A stretch of DNA of 64,000 nt from the NCBI GenBank assembly GCA_035400625.1, contig DAOMZT010000001.1:306644-370643 (forward strand), read 5' to 3'. Position numbers and translations under genes: made by a program. This DNA is from an archaeon (lineage in GTDB: Archaea; Iainarchaeota; Iainarchaeia; Iainarchaeales; CSSED10-239). Below are positions 8,633 to 17,486 of the stretch, piece by piece. Under the pieces are notes generated by a model. That model saw nothing but the letters and a program-made list of their open reading frames with translations. It was not told where the DNA came from and ran no database searches. Within the stretch, counting starts at the first letter, position 1. Every line of letters starts with the position of its first letter.

Positions 8633-9385
8633 ATGCCACCACTGAAAAGACCATCATTGAAACTGTCAGTAAAAAGACAAAGGTTTAAGCCTCAGATTAA
8701 ATTACAAAAATCAATATTAAAAAGGCCAACTTTTAAAGAACAGATTGAATCAATTCCTGGAAGAACCAAACATGAAATATTTGGTTATAAAAAGCCAAGA
8801 AGAAAATTTATTGATAAAACAATTAAAATAAATGAAAAAGAAGTAAGATATGATGAAAAACGCAAATATCTTACTGGGGAACATACAGAAATACACACTC
8901 ACCTTTGTAATCCAAAACTAGCAACAGAATCAACACCAGGCCCCTTTGATTTTCTAGGTTGGGTTGATGATTATATAACAACAAGTGGCAAAAAAAATAG
9001 AGCTGTTGTTTCATCAATTCATTTTGAGAATGGAAAAGAACTTGGAAGAGTCCATGTTGTTTTTAAAAAAGATGCACTAAATAAGCAATTAAGAAGTCAC
9101 ATTTATAATTGTTATTTAGAATTTGCAAAAAAGAATAGAAGACAAATAACACCTTTCGAAAAATTCAATGCTGATTTATTCTTTTATCAAGAAAATGGAA
9201 AAGTAAGCAGATATCTTAATGATATGATAGAAAAAGATTTTGATTTTGGAAAAAGATTAAAAGTTTCTAAAACAAAGGATTTAAGAGAGATTTTCACAGA
9301 TATAGAAAGGAAATGGGGAATAAAGATAAGAGCATATTCTCATCCAGGCCATGCCTTTGACTATAAAAGAGGAACATTTTATTGA
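8633..9385 (+). CDS. hypothetical protein: basic N-terminal tail (MPPLKRPSLK) plus a degenerate JAB/MPN-like H-x-H core; paralog of 31177..31968
   Basis: 250 aa, starting 1 nt after the rad50 stop. It shares with 31177..31968 the MPP.K/R tail, an HTH..P motif, a VxxxxxxNGKxxGxV segment, and a C-terminal GI(K/Q)(I/L)...G(H/Y)xFD. Confidence 0.6.
   Translation: MPPLKRPSLKLSVKRQRFKPQIKLQKSILKRPTFKEQIESIPGRTKHEIFGYKKPRRKFIDKTIKINEKEVRYDEKRKYLTGEHTEIHTHLCNPKLATESTPGPFDFLGWVDDYITTSGKKNRAVVSSIHFENGKELGRVHVVFKKDALNKQLRSHIYNCYLEFAKKNRRQITPFEKFNADLFFYQENGKVSRYLNDMIEKDFDFGKRLKVSKTKDLREIFTDIERKWGIKIRAYSHPGHAFDYKRGTFY
9362..9373. repeat. 12-bp direct repeat copy 2 (tataaaagagga)
   Basis: Exact match to 8616-8627. 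Confidence 0.5.
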
Positions 9386-9401
9386 TTTTTCAAGTTAATA
9401 C

Positions 9402-9410
9402 TTTAAAATA
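9402..9410 (+). promoter_or_regulatory. candidate TATA box for priS (leaderless or near-leaderless)
   Basis: tttaaaata is centred about 26 nt upstream of the ATG at 9432. There is no SD in between. Confidence 0.4.
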
Positions 9411-9431
9411 CTTGTTTAACATATATTATAT

Positions 9432-10685
9432 ATGGCAAGTAATGAAATTTCTGAATTTACTATTTCTTACTTAAGAGATCTTTTCAGAAATTATTATCAG
9501 CATAATCCTGTTACTAGTGCTATTGCGATTGAAAAAAGAGAGGTCGGTATAGGGGATTTTGGTAAAAAGATTAGTGCAAGGCATCTTGCCTTTTCTAACA
9601 ACGCAGGACTAAACAGATTTTTAACAGAAAAAACTCCTTTTTTTATATCTTATTCTACTGCCTATTATAAATATCCAGAAAGGCGACCAATGGAGAATAA
9701 GATTTTAGAAGGCTCAGATATTGTCTACGAGTTTGATGCTGATGATTTTAATCTTCCTTGTAAAGAAGAACACGATATTTGGTTTTGCAAAAGCTGTGAG
9801 GCAAGTGGCAAGGGCCATAAAGATATCTGCCCAGAATGCCAAGGCAAACTTGAAGTTATTGAATGGATTTGCGACAAATGCCTAGGTCATGCAAAATCAG
9901 AAACTCTTCGTTTGATAGATTTTCTAGAAACTGAGTTTAAGCTTGATTCTTCAAGTTTTGTGATTTCTTTTTCTGGTTCTAAGGGCTATCATTTGAGAGT
10001 AACAGATAAAAGCATAATACCGTTATCTAAGTCTTCTCGTCTTCAGATGATGAACTATATCCAAGGCAAAGATTTAGATCTTAGTAAACTTGGCTTTGAA
10101 TATAAGGGAAAACAATGGTTTTGCCCAAGTCCTGACACAAAGAATGGCTGGGCAGGCAAACTAATCACATATCTAAGAAACTACATACAAGAAATGGACG
10201 AAAAAACCCTGAAAAAAGACTTTTCTTATTCAAAAGTAAAGATTAATAAACTGCTAGAGCATAAAGAAGTTATTTTAAATAAGATGTATAATAATATATT
10301 ATGGCATAATTTTACAAGCGAATCTGTAAAGGATGCTAAATTTTGGGAGGATTTATTAGCTATTGCAATTTCTAGGCTTGGTTTTAGAATAGATCCAGCA
10401 TCTTCAAGTGATATCTATAAAATCATGAGAATGCCAGATACCATTCATGGCGGAACCGGGCTTTTATCAACTAAACTAAAAGACAGAGAAGCACTAGAAA
10501 AGTTTGATCCTTTTTTGGATCCTGTTCTTTTTAGGCCTGATAAAGATAGAAATGGAGAAGTGACTAGGCCTGTTCCAAGGTTTAGGTTGCTTGAGCAAGA
10601 GTTTGGTCCTTATAGTCTAGGCGAGAAACTAGAACTCCCAGAATACGTAAGTGTTTATTTATTATTAAAAGGTGTATTAAAATGA
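9432..10685 (+). CDS. priS: DNA primase small (catalytic) subunit PriS
   Basis: Catalytic YEFDADD, the Zn-knuckle cysteines CKSCE..CPECQG..CDKC, and SFSGSKGYHLRV. Confidence 0.9.
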   Translation: MASNEISEFTISYLRDLFRNYYQHNPVTSAIAIEKREVGIGDFGKKISARHLAFSNNAGLNRFLTEKTPFFISYSTAYYKYPERRPMENKILEGSDIVYEFDADDFNLPCKEEHDIWFCKSCEASGKGHKDICPECQGKLEVIEWICDKCLGHAKSETLRLIDFLETEFKLDSSSFVISFSGSKGYHLRVTDKSIIPLSKSSRLQMMNYIQGKDLDLSKLGFEYKGKQWFCPSPDTKNGWAGKLITYLRNYIQEMDEKTLKKDFSYSKVKINKLLEHKEVILNKMYNNILWHNFTSESVKDAKFWEDLLAIAISRLGFRIDPASSSDIYKIMRMPDTIHGGTGLLSTKLKDREALEKFDPFLDPVLFRPDKDRNGEVTRPVPRFRLLEQEFGPYSLGEKLELPEYVSVYLLLKGVLK

Positions 10686-11239
10686 TGGATTATAAAGTTG
10701 ATTTTGATGAATTATCAAGGATATATAGGCTTGAGACAAAGTCACCAAAACTAACAAAACTTGATCCTGAATTTTATAAAGAGCTTAAGAAATATCTAAC
10801 TTTAGAAAAAACAAAATATCTTTCTGCTCTTGAAAGCCTATCACCAGCTGATTTGAAAAAATTTGAAATGTTAAAACAAACAGTAAATAAAATCAGAGAA
10901 ATAAGATTGAAGAAATGCCTTAATCTTTGTTTAACATATAGCAGAACAAATAATCTTTCTGAAGATAACTTGATTGATTTTGAAATTGATTTTGTTAAAG
11001 ATATTAAAAAGCTTCTTGATAAGCAAGCAGAATATACAGAAAGCTTGTTTGGAACAAAAACCAAGAAAGAAGAAAAGCGTGTGCCTTTGGTAAAGGTTAC
11101 TGCTCTTTCTAGCATTCCTTCTTTTATTGGTTCAGATATGCGCGAATATGGGCCATTTGATAAAGATGCGATATGTGAGATTCCAGAAAATATCTTTTTG
11201 ATACTTTCTTCAAAAAATATTGTTCAAAAAATAGAATAG
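10682..11239 (+). CDS. GINS complex subunit (Gins51/Gins15-like)
   Basis: It overlaps the priS stop (ATGA), which is the classical priS-gins linkage. It has an alpha-helical A domain. The C-terminal VKVTALSSIPSFIGSDMREYGPFDKDAICEIPENIFLIL resembles the GINS B domain. Confidence 0.65.
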   Translation: MMDYKVDFDELSRIYRLETKSPKLTKLDPEFYKELKKYLTLEKTKYLSALESLSPADLKKFEMLKQTVNKIREIRLKKCLNLCLTYSRTNNLSEDNLIDFEIDFVKDIKKLLDKQAEYTESLFGTKTKKEEKRVPLVKVTALSSIPSFIGSDMREYGPFDKDAICEIPENIFLILSSKNIVQKIE

Positions 11240-11253
11240 GTTGTGAATATAAG

Positions 11254-12027
11254 ATGACAGAATATCCAAAAGTTTCAGATATAGTGATTTGTAAAGTCAC
11301 AAAAGTAACAGACTATGGAGTGTTTGTAGAATTATTAGAGTATGATAATCTTGAAGGGTTTATTCATGTTTCTCAAGTTTCTTCAACATGGGTAAAAAAC
11401 ATACATAATCATGCAAAAACTAACCAAATAAGAGCAGCAAAGGTTCTTCATATTGACAATTATAAAAATCAAATTGATCTTTCTTTTAATAGAGTAACAC
11501 CAGCAGAAGAGAAAAGAAAAATTTCAGATTATCGTTTATTTAAAAGAGCACAAAGCCTATTGTCTGCAATTGCCAAGGAACTAAAAGTTAGTGATGAAGA
11601 GGTTTGGTCTTGTGTTGCTGAACCAATTTTAGAAAGAGAAACAAGACTTTATAGCGGGTTTATTCATATTCTAAAAAACGGAATTGAAACATTTCCGGAG
11701 ATTGATAAAAAATATGCAGCCAAGCTTGTTGAGATTTTAAGTAAAAGCATAACCATTAAAGACAAGAAAATCAATGGGGTTTTAGAAATTTCTAATCCAT
11801 CAGAAACAGGAATTGAGATTATAAAAAAGGCATTAAAGAAAATAACCGATGATTACAAGTCTGCTTGCATAACTTACATTTCTGCTGGAAGATATGAGTT
11901 GACAGTTACTGCAAAAGACTATAAGACTGCTTCAAAGTTGTTTAATGAAATTACAACAAAGCTTGAAAAATCTTTAAAGGGCTCAAACTTTAAAGTTATT
12001 CCTCAAGAAAAATCTAAATCTAATTAA
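11254..12027 (+). CDS. eif2a: translation initiation factor aIF2 alpha subunit
   Basis: N-terminal S1 domain YPKVSDIVICKVTKVTDYGVFVELLEYDNLEGFIHVSQVSS. Length is 257 aa. Confidence 0.9.
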   Translation: MTEYPKVSDIVICKVTKVTDYGVFVELLEYDNLEGFIHVSQVSSTWVKNIHNHAKTNQIRAAKVLHIDNYKNQIDLSFNRVTPAEEKRKISDYRLFKRAQSLLSAIAKELKVSDEEVWSCVAEPILERETRLYSGFIHILKNGIETFPEIDKKYAAKLVEILSKSITIKDKKINGVLEISNPSETGIEIIKKALKKITDDYKSACITYISAGRYELTVTAKDYKTASKLFNEITTKLEKSLKGSNFKVIPQEKSKSN

Positions 12028-12040
12028 GGGTGTTTAAAAT

Positions 12041-12835
12041 ATGGTAACAAAAATTGATGTTATTAAACAGCAAAAACTAAAAAATCCAGTAATGCTTGTT
12101 GGTCTTCCTGGCATTGGTCTTGTTGGCAAGATTGCAATTGATTATCTGGTCTTTGAATTACAACCAAAATCAAATGTTTATGCAACTATTGTTTCTGATA
12201 CTTTTCCTCCAGCAGTTCATGCTAAATCATCATTATTAGAATTAATTTCTGATAAGATTTATCTTTATAAAGGAAAATCAAGAGATTTTCTTTTTGTAGC
12301 AGGGCCAGTTCAGCCAAACCTGACAAACCTTTCTAATAGCCAAGAACACTATGAGTTCTCTGCCAAGCTTGCTGAGTTTGCAAAAAAGCAAGGAGTAAAA
12401 GAGATCTATACTTTTGCAGGCCTAAATATTGGCGAGAAAAGACTTAACCAAAAGCCAAGAGTTCTAGCAGTTTCAAGTGATAAGGATACCAAAGAAAGAC
12501 TAAGAAAGAAAAAGATAAAAAACATTATTTTTGATGATACTCAAGGAAACACATTGATTTCTGGTGTTGCTGGCCTTCTTGTTGGTGTTGCTTATTATAA
12601 CCACAAGATATCTGGTTGTTGTTTTATGGGCGAAACAGATCAAAAACTAATTTTTGGAGATCAGGGTTCTGCAAGAAGTGTTGTTGGAGCAATTTGTGCT
12701 CTCTTTGATTTTAAAGTTGATATGAAAAAAATAGATATTAAAGCAAAAAAAATTGAAGAATCATTTAAAGAAATTCAAAAAGAGATAAAAGAAATAGCAA
12801 AGAAAAAAGAAGAGCCAGTAAGTTATATCAGGTGA
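12041..12835 (+). CDS. PAC2-family proteasome assembly chaperone
   Basis: PVMLVGLPGIGLVGKIAIDYL ... LISGVAGLLVG pattern of PAC2/COG1938 proteins. Confidence 0.7.
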   Translation: MVTKIDVIKQQKLKNPVMLVGLPGIGLVGKIAIDYLVFELQPKSNVYATIVSDTFPPAVHAKSSLLELISDKIYLYKGKSRDFLFVAGPVQPNLTNLSNSQEHYEFSAKLAEFAKKQGVKEIYTFAGLNIGEKRLNQKPRVLAVSSDKDTKERLRKKKIKNIIFDDTQGNTLISGVAGLLVGVAYYNHKISGCCFMGETDQKLIFGDQGSARSVVGAICALFDFKVDMKKIDIKAKKIEESFKEIQKEIKEIAKKKEEPVSYIR

Positions 12836-12845
12836 TTTTTTTAAT

Positions 12846-14387
12846 ATGACTACAAAAGAAGAAAAAGGAATTGTAATTTCTACAATTGATGGCCCATCAA
12901 CCACTAAGCTTTCTTTTGTATGTACAAAAAATGACGTCTTTAAAGGAGAATATATCCAGATCGATTATTCTCAAGGCTCTCTTATTGGTTTAGTTACTGA
13001 TGTTATAAAAAGAAACAGATATTTTGAAAACTCTGATTCTGTTAAGGACTTTGAAAATAATAATGTTGATATTAAAAAATTATTTCCAAGTGATGAGTGG
13101 GAGTTTCTTGAAGCTGTTGTTAAGCCTCTTGGAGTTTATTCTGTTTTGAAAGGCTTTACAAGAACAAATCTTCCAGTCTCTCCTGGCCAAAAGGTTTATT
13201 TAGCAGATCCAGTCGTGCTTTCTAAATTTTTGCATTTTGATAAGTCAGGGGTTTTTCTAGGTGCTATTGAGCATCCAAATCTTGATGTTGCTCTTAATGT
13301 TGATAGGCTTTTACAAAAGCACTTGGCAATTCTTGCACAATCAGGTGCAGGAAAAAGTTATCTAACTTCTGTAATTATTGAGGAATTACTTGAGAGAACA
13401 AAAGAACAAGGAAGAATAGCCGTAGTGTTATTTGATACTCATGGAGAATATTCTTCTTTTGCCCAAAGCACAACAGACAAAACCAAAACTGATTATTCTT
13501 CTAAGGTCACATTAATAGATTCAAAAGATGTTAAGATTGGTTGTACAGGCCTATCTGCTGGCTTTTACTCTACATTGATTCCAGAGCTAACAGCTCCTCA
13601 AAAGATAAGGCTTTCAAAAGTCATAACAAAACTAAATGAAGACAAGAAACATGGCGCGGGCCCTTATTCTTTACAAACAATAATTAAAGAAATAGACAAT
13701 CTAGAAGAAGACGATAAAACTGCAAAGAACCTAAGAGATCGTCTTTTGGACTTGGAGCGTTATCGCCTTTTTGATAAGATTGATTATCCATCAATTAATG
13801 ATGTTGTGTCTCCAGGAAAACTAACAATCATTGATCTATCAAGAGAAATAGATAAAAAGAAAAAGCAAATTATTTTGTATTATTTTGCAAACAAACTTTT
13901 TAGAGCAAGAATGGAACACAATTCTGTTCCGCCATTTACTCTTGTAGTTGAAGAAGCACATCAATATGCTCCGGAGATGGCAAGTAGAGAGAATGCTCTT
14001 GCAAAAAACATTCTGGAAACAATTGCAAGAGAAGGAAGAAAGTTTGGAGCAAGCGTTTGGTTAATCTCTCAAAGGCCAGTAAAGTTGTCTACCACCATCT
14101 TGTCTCAAGCAAACACTCACATTATCTTAAGAATAACAAATCCTTATGATCTTAAGCATATTGGTGAATCAAGCGAAGGCCTTGATCAAAATTCCATTAA
14201 TATGATAACATCTCTAAGGGTTGGCGAAGCATTGATTGTTGGCGAAGCTAGTTCTTATCCTGTTTTTTTCAAGGTTAGAAAAAGGAAATCACAAGAATCA
14301 CATCTTGATGTCTCGTTATCTGGTCTTGCCAAGTCCTTTGAGGCAAGAAAAGAAAAGAACAACAAAGAGCTTGATGAATTAATCTAA
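12846..14387 (+). CDS. herA: HerA-type (DUF87) hexameric ATPase/helicase
   Basis: N-terminal HAS-barrel-like region, Walker A AQSGAGKSY, and Walker B LVVEEAHQYAP. Length is 513 aa. Confidence 0.8.
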   Translation: MTTKEEKGIVISTIDGPSTTKLSFVCTKNDVFKGEYIQIDYSQGSLIGLVTDVIKRNRYFENSDSVKDFENNNVDIKKLFPSDEWEFLEAVVKPLGVYSVLKGFTRTNLPVSPGQKVYLADPVVLSKFLHFDKSGVFLGAIEHPNLDVALNVDRLLQKHLAILAQSGAGKSYLTSVIIEELLERTKEQGRIAVVLFDTHGEYSSFAQSTTDKTKTDYSSKVTLIDSKDVKIGCTGLSAGFYSTLIPELTAPQKIRLSKVITKLNEDKKHGAGPYSLQTIIKEIDNLEEDDKTAKNLRDRLLDLERYRLFDKIDYPSINDVVSPGKLTIIDLSREIDKKKKQIILYYFANKLFRARMEHNSVPPFTLVVEEAHQYAPEMASRENALAKNILETIAREGRKFGASVWLISQRPVKLSTTILSQANTHIILRITNPYDLKHIGESSEGLDQNSINMITSLRVGEALIVGEASSYPVFFKVRKRKSQESHLDVSLSGLAKSFEARKEKNNKELDELI

Positions 14388-14435
14388 TAAAATATATTTA
14401 TTAAGTATTTGGTTTTCATTATTATTATGTATTTG

Positions 14436-14882
14436 ATGTCATGGAACGAGCTTGAGGGCTTGTGTTTTGAGCTTATTAAAAAAATCAAAGAAAAGAACAA
14501 GGATAAACAAATTGATTTGATTATTTGTGTTAGTCGTGGCGGGTTGTTCCTTGGCAAGATTCTTTCTGAAATGCTTAATAAACCATTAGCTGTAATTTCT
14601 GCAAAATACCTTGGTCACAAATACACTGTTGGCACAATTTCAACAATCTACCCAATAAAAGGCAGGGTGTTATTGGTTGATGATGTTATGGAACCAATAG
14701 TTCAAGATATTATAAAAGTAATAAAACAAAATAAGGCAGTAACTTCAATAGAACTAGCTTGTTTATTTTACAGAAAGAAAAAACAAGAATTTGTTCCTGA
14801 TTTTGCAATAAATGAGATAATTAACGAAATATGGATTTCATTCCCATACCAAAGCGAGAGTTTAAAAGAACACAGTCGCTAA
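14436..14882 (+). CDS. phosphoribosyltransferase-fold protein with a degenerate PRPP loop
   Basis: ICVSRGGLFLGKILSE and VLLVDDVMEP resemble type I PRTases. The usual D/S-T-G-x-T after the DD is replaced by EPIVQ. The start is ambiguous (14409 TTG, 14427 or 14436 ATG). Confidence 0.55.
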   Translation: MSWNELEGLCFELIKKIKEKNKDKQIDLIICVSRGGLFLGKILSEMLNKPLAVISAKYLGHKYTVGTISTIYPIKGRVLLVDDVMEPIVQDIIKVIKQNKAVTSIELACLFYRKKKQEFVPDFAINEIINEIWISFPYQSESLKEHSR

Positions 14883-14976
14883 TATGAATATTGCAATTTT
14901 TACTTACAATAAAGATAAATAAATCTTCTTAGTTTATATTTATTTTCTTTCTATATAATATTAATAGGAATCAAAT

Positions 14977-16203
14977 ATGGACGAATCACAAATTCTATTA
15001 TTAAAGAAAAAACTTAAAGAGATTAAGACCTATAAAGGAGATGGAACACAATTAATTAGCCTATATATTCCTCCAAACGCAGATAGATCCTCAGTTACTA
15101 AACAACTGACTGATGAAATCTCACAAAGCTCAAATATCAAGTCCCAACAAACCCGAAAAAATGTTCAAGCCGCTTTAAGAAGATTAACTAATTATTTAAG
15201 ACAAATAGATTTTAAACTTCCAGAAACTGGCCTTGTCCTGTTCTCAGGTAATGTTTCTGAAAACCCTGCAAAAAATGATGTTGTTCTTTTAACAATAACC
15301 CCGCCAAAGCCATTGACAACAAAACTCTATTGGTGCGATTCTGAGTTTCACACAGCTCCTCTAGAGGATATGGCTTTAACAGATGAGGTTTATGGGTTGG
15401 TGACTATTGATAAGAGAGAAGCAACAGTTGCAATTTTAACTGGCAAGTCATACAGGATAATTCTTCATGAGACTAGCGGTGTTCCTGGAAAGACAAGAGC
15501 CGGTGGTCAGTCTTCTGTAAGGTTTGAAAGATTAAGAGAAAAGGCAGCACAGGATTTCTATAGGCGAGTTGGAGAAAGAATGAATGTGAGTATGGTTGAT
15601 ATCCCAAAACTAAAAGGCATAATTGTCGGTGGGCCAGGAATGACTAAACATGAGTTTTTAGAAGAAAGTGAATTGGATTACAGACTAAAAAACATGATTT
15701 TGGGAACTCTTGATACAAGCTATACAGACGAATCAGGAATCAAAGAGATGCTTGATAAGTCAGGAGAAATTCTAAAAGATGCAAGTATTATTAAAGAAAG
15801 ACAATTGGTAAATAAGTTTATAGAAAAGGTTGCAACAAACGGTCTTGCAACATATGGGTATAATGAAGTTATTGAAAGCATTATGCAGGGAAAAGCAGAA
15901 GTTGTTATTGTTTCAGAAGGCCTAGAATGGAGTGTGTATAAATATCAATGTACTTCTTGTAATCAATTTACCCCAAAAGTTATTAGAGACAAGAACAAAC
16001 AAATAACCTCTCCTGTGCTTTGCCAATATTGTGAATCTTCTACAAACGAAGAAGAGGTAGAGATTGCAGATCTTTATGAATATTTAGTGGAAATATCACA
16101 CAATTATGGCACAAAAGTAGTTCTTGTTTCTATTGAAACTCCAGAAGGTAATCAATTTCTTAATACCTTTGGTGGTCTTGGTGCATTTTTAAGATATAAA
16201 TAA
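14977..16203 (+). CDS. prf1: peptide chain release factor aRF1
   Basis: NIKS motif (SSNIKSQQT), GGQS motif (RAGGQSSVRFERLRE), and a C-terminal Zn-ribbon insertion. Confidence 0.92.
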   Translation: MDESQILLLKKKLKEIKTYKGDGTQLISLYIPPNADRSSVTKQLTDEISQSSNIKSQQTRKNVQAALRRLTNYLRQIDFKLPETGLVLFSGNVSENPAKNDVVLLTITPPKPLTTKLYWCDSEFHTAPLEDMALTDEVYGLVTIDKREATVAILTGKSYRIILHETSGVPGKTRAGGQSSVRFERLREKAAQDFYRRVGERMNVSMVDIPKLKGIIVGGPGMTKHEFLEESELDYRLKNMILGTLDTSYTDESGIKEMLDKSGEILKDASIIKERQLVNKFIEKVATNGLATYGYNEVIESIMQGKAEVVIVSEGLEWSVYKYQCTSCNQFTPKVIRDKNKQITSPVLCQYCESSTNEEEVEIADLYEYLVEISHNYGTKVVLVSIETPEGNQFLNTFGGLGAFLRYK

Positions 16204-16212
16204 GTATAGTTT

Positions 16213-17484
16213 ATGGATTTCAAACATATAACAACAACAAAAGGTATTGGCGGAAGAATCAAACAATTTTGTGAGGATTTCATTGTTGAAGAAATTGGTT
16301 ATACTTATTCTACAAACCTAACATATCTCCCAGACAAGAAGGTTTCAGAAATCAACTGGAAAGAAGTCTTTGAAAAGAAAAAAGATAATGACCAGCTTCT
16401 TGTGGATATGGAAAAGTTCAATCTGTCAACAACAACTGCAATTAATGAGATGTCAAGATTTTTAAGAACTAGTAAAAAAAGATTTGGCTATGCCGGCCTT
16501 AAAGACAAAAGAGCAATGACTGTTCAGAGGATCTCAATTTATGAACCAAGTGAGGAAAGGCTATCAAAGTTTTATTTTAAAAATATTAAGATTTACAACC
16601 CCTCTTGGTCAAAGAACAGAGTAGATATTGGTGACTTAAAGCAAAATCGTTTTACTTTAACTTTTAGGAAAATTCAAGGGCTAACAAAAGATGAGTTAAA
16701 AGAGCTATACCTTGATTTTGAAAAGCAAATAAACCAACAGGGCTTAATCAATTATTTTGGTGAGCAAAGATTTGGCGGAACAAGAAACATAACTCACAAG
16801 GTTGGCAAGCTTCTTTTACAGCACAAATATGAAGAAGCAGTAATGATGTATTTAACAGAACCTCAAGAGCTTGAGTCAAAAGAATTACAAGAAGCCAGAG
16901 CACAACTAAATAAGGATAGAAATTTTAAGAAACATGCTTATGATTTTCCAACAGGCACCGGCTATGAAAGAGTAATGCTTAATTTTTTAGCAAACAATCC
17001 GGACAATTATCTTGGCGCATTCAAGGCATTACCAAAAGCAATTCAGTATCTTTTTATTCATGCATATCAATCATATCTTTTTAATGAAATAATAAATGAG
17101 AGAATAAAAAGAGGATATGGCCTAGAAAAGATAGATGGCGATGTTGTTGTTAACGGCGAGATAATGATACCTCTTTTTGGCTTTTCTTCAAAATTACAAG
17201 AAGGCCTTGCTGGCGAGATTTCTCATTATATCTTGGACAAAGAAGGAATCACCCTTAACGACTTTTATAACAAAGACCATTCGGTTCTCTCAAGCAAGGG
17301 CGACTTTCGTTCAATAAGGGTTCCTGTTCATGATTTAAGATTAATTTCAATAGAAGATGATTCTAAAAACCAAGATGGATCTTTATCTTTGACTCTTTCT
17401 TTTACTCTTGACAAGGGCAACTACGCAACAAACCTTGCACGAGAGCTAATCAAGCCAGAAGCAGATGATAAAAGATGGTGCTAG
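16213..17484 (+). CDS. truD: tRNA pseudouridine(13) synthase TruD
   Basis: FIVEE near the N-terminus, the GYAGLKDKRAMTVQ catalytic Asp motif, and NYFGEQRFG. Confidence 0.9.
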   Translation: MDFKHITTTKGIGGRIKQFCEDFIVEEIGYTYSTNLTYLPDKKVSEINWKEVFEKKKDNDQLLVDMEKFNLSTTTAINEMSRFLRTSKKRFGYAGLKDKRAMTVQRISIYEPSEERLSKFYFKNIKIYNPSWSKNRVDIGDLKQNRFTLTFRKIQGLTKDELKELYLDFEKQINQQGLINYFGEQRFGGTRNITHKVGKLLLQHKYEEAVMMYLTEPQELESKELQEARAQLNKDRNFKKHAYDFPTGTGYERVMLNFLANNPDNYLGAFKALPKAIQYLFIHAYQSYLFNEIINERIKRGYGLEKIDGDVVVNGEIMIPLFGFSSKLQEGLAGEISHYILDKEGITLNDFYNKDHSVLSSKGDFRSIRVPVHDLRLISIEDDSKNQDGSLSLTLSFTLDKGNYATNLARELIKPEADDKRWC

Positions 17485-17486
17485 TT

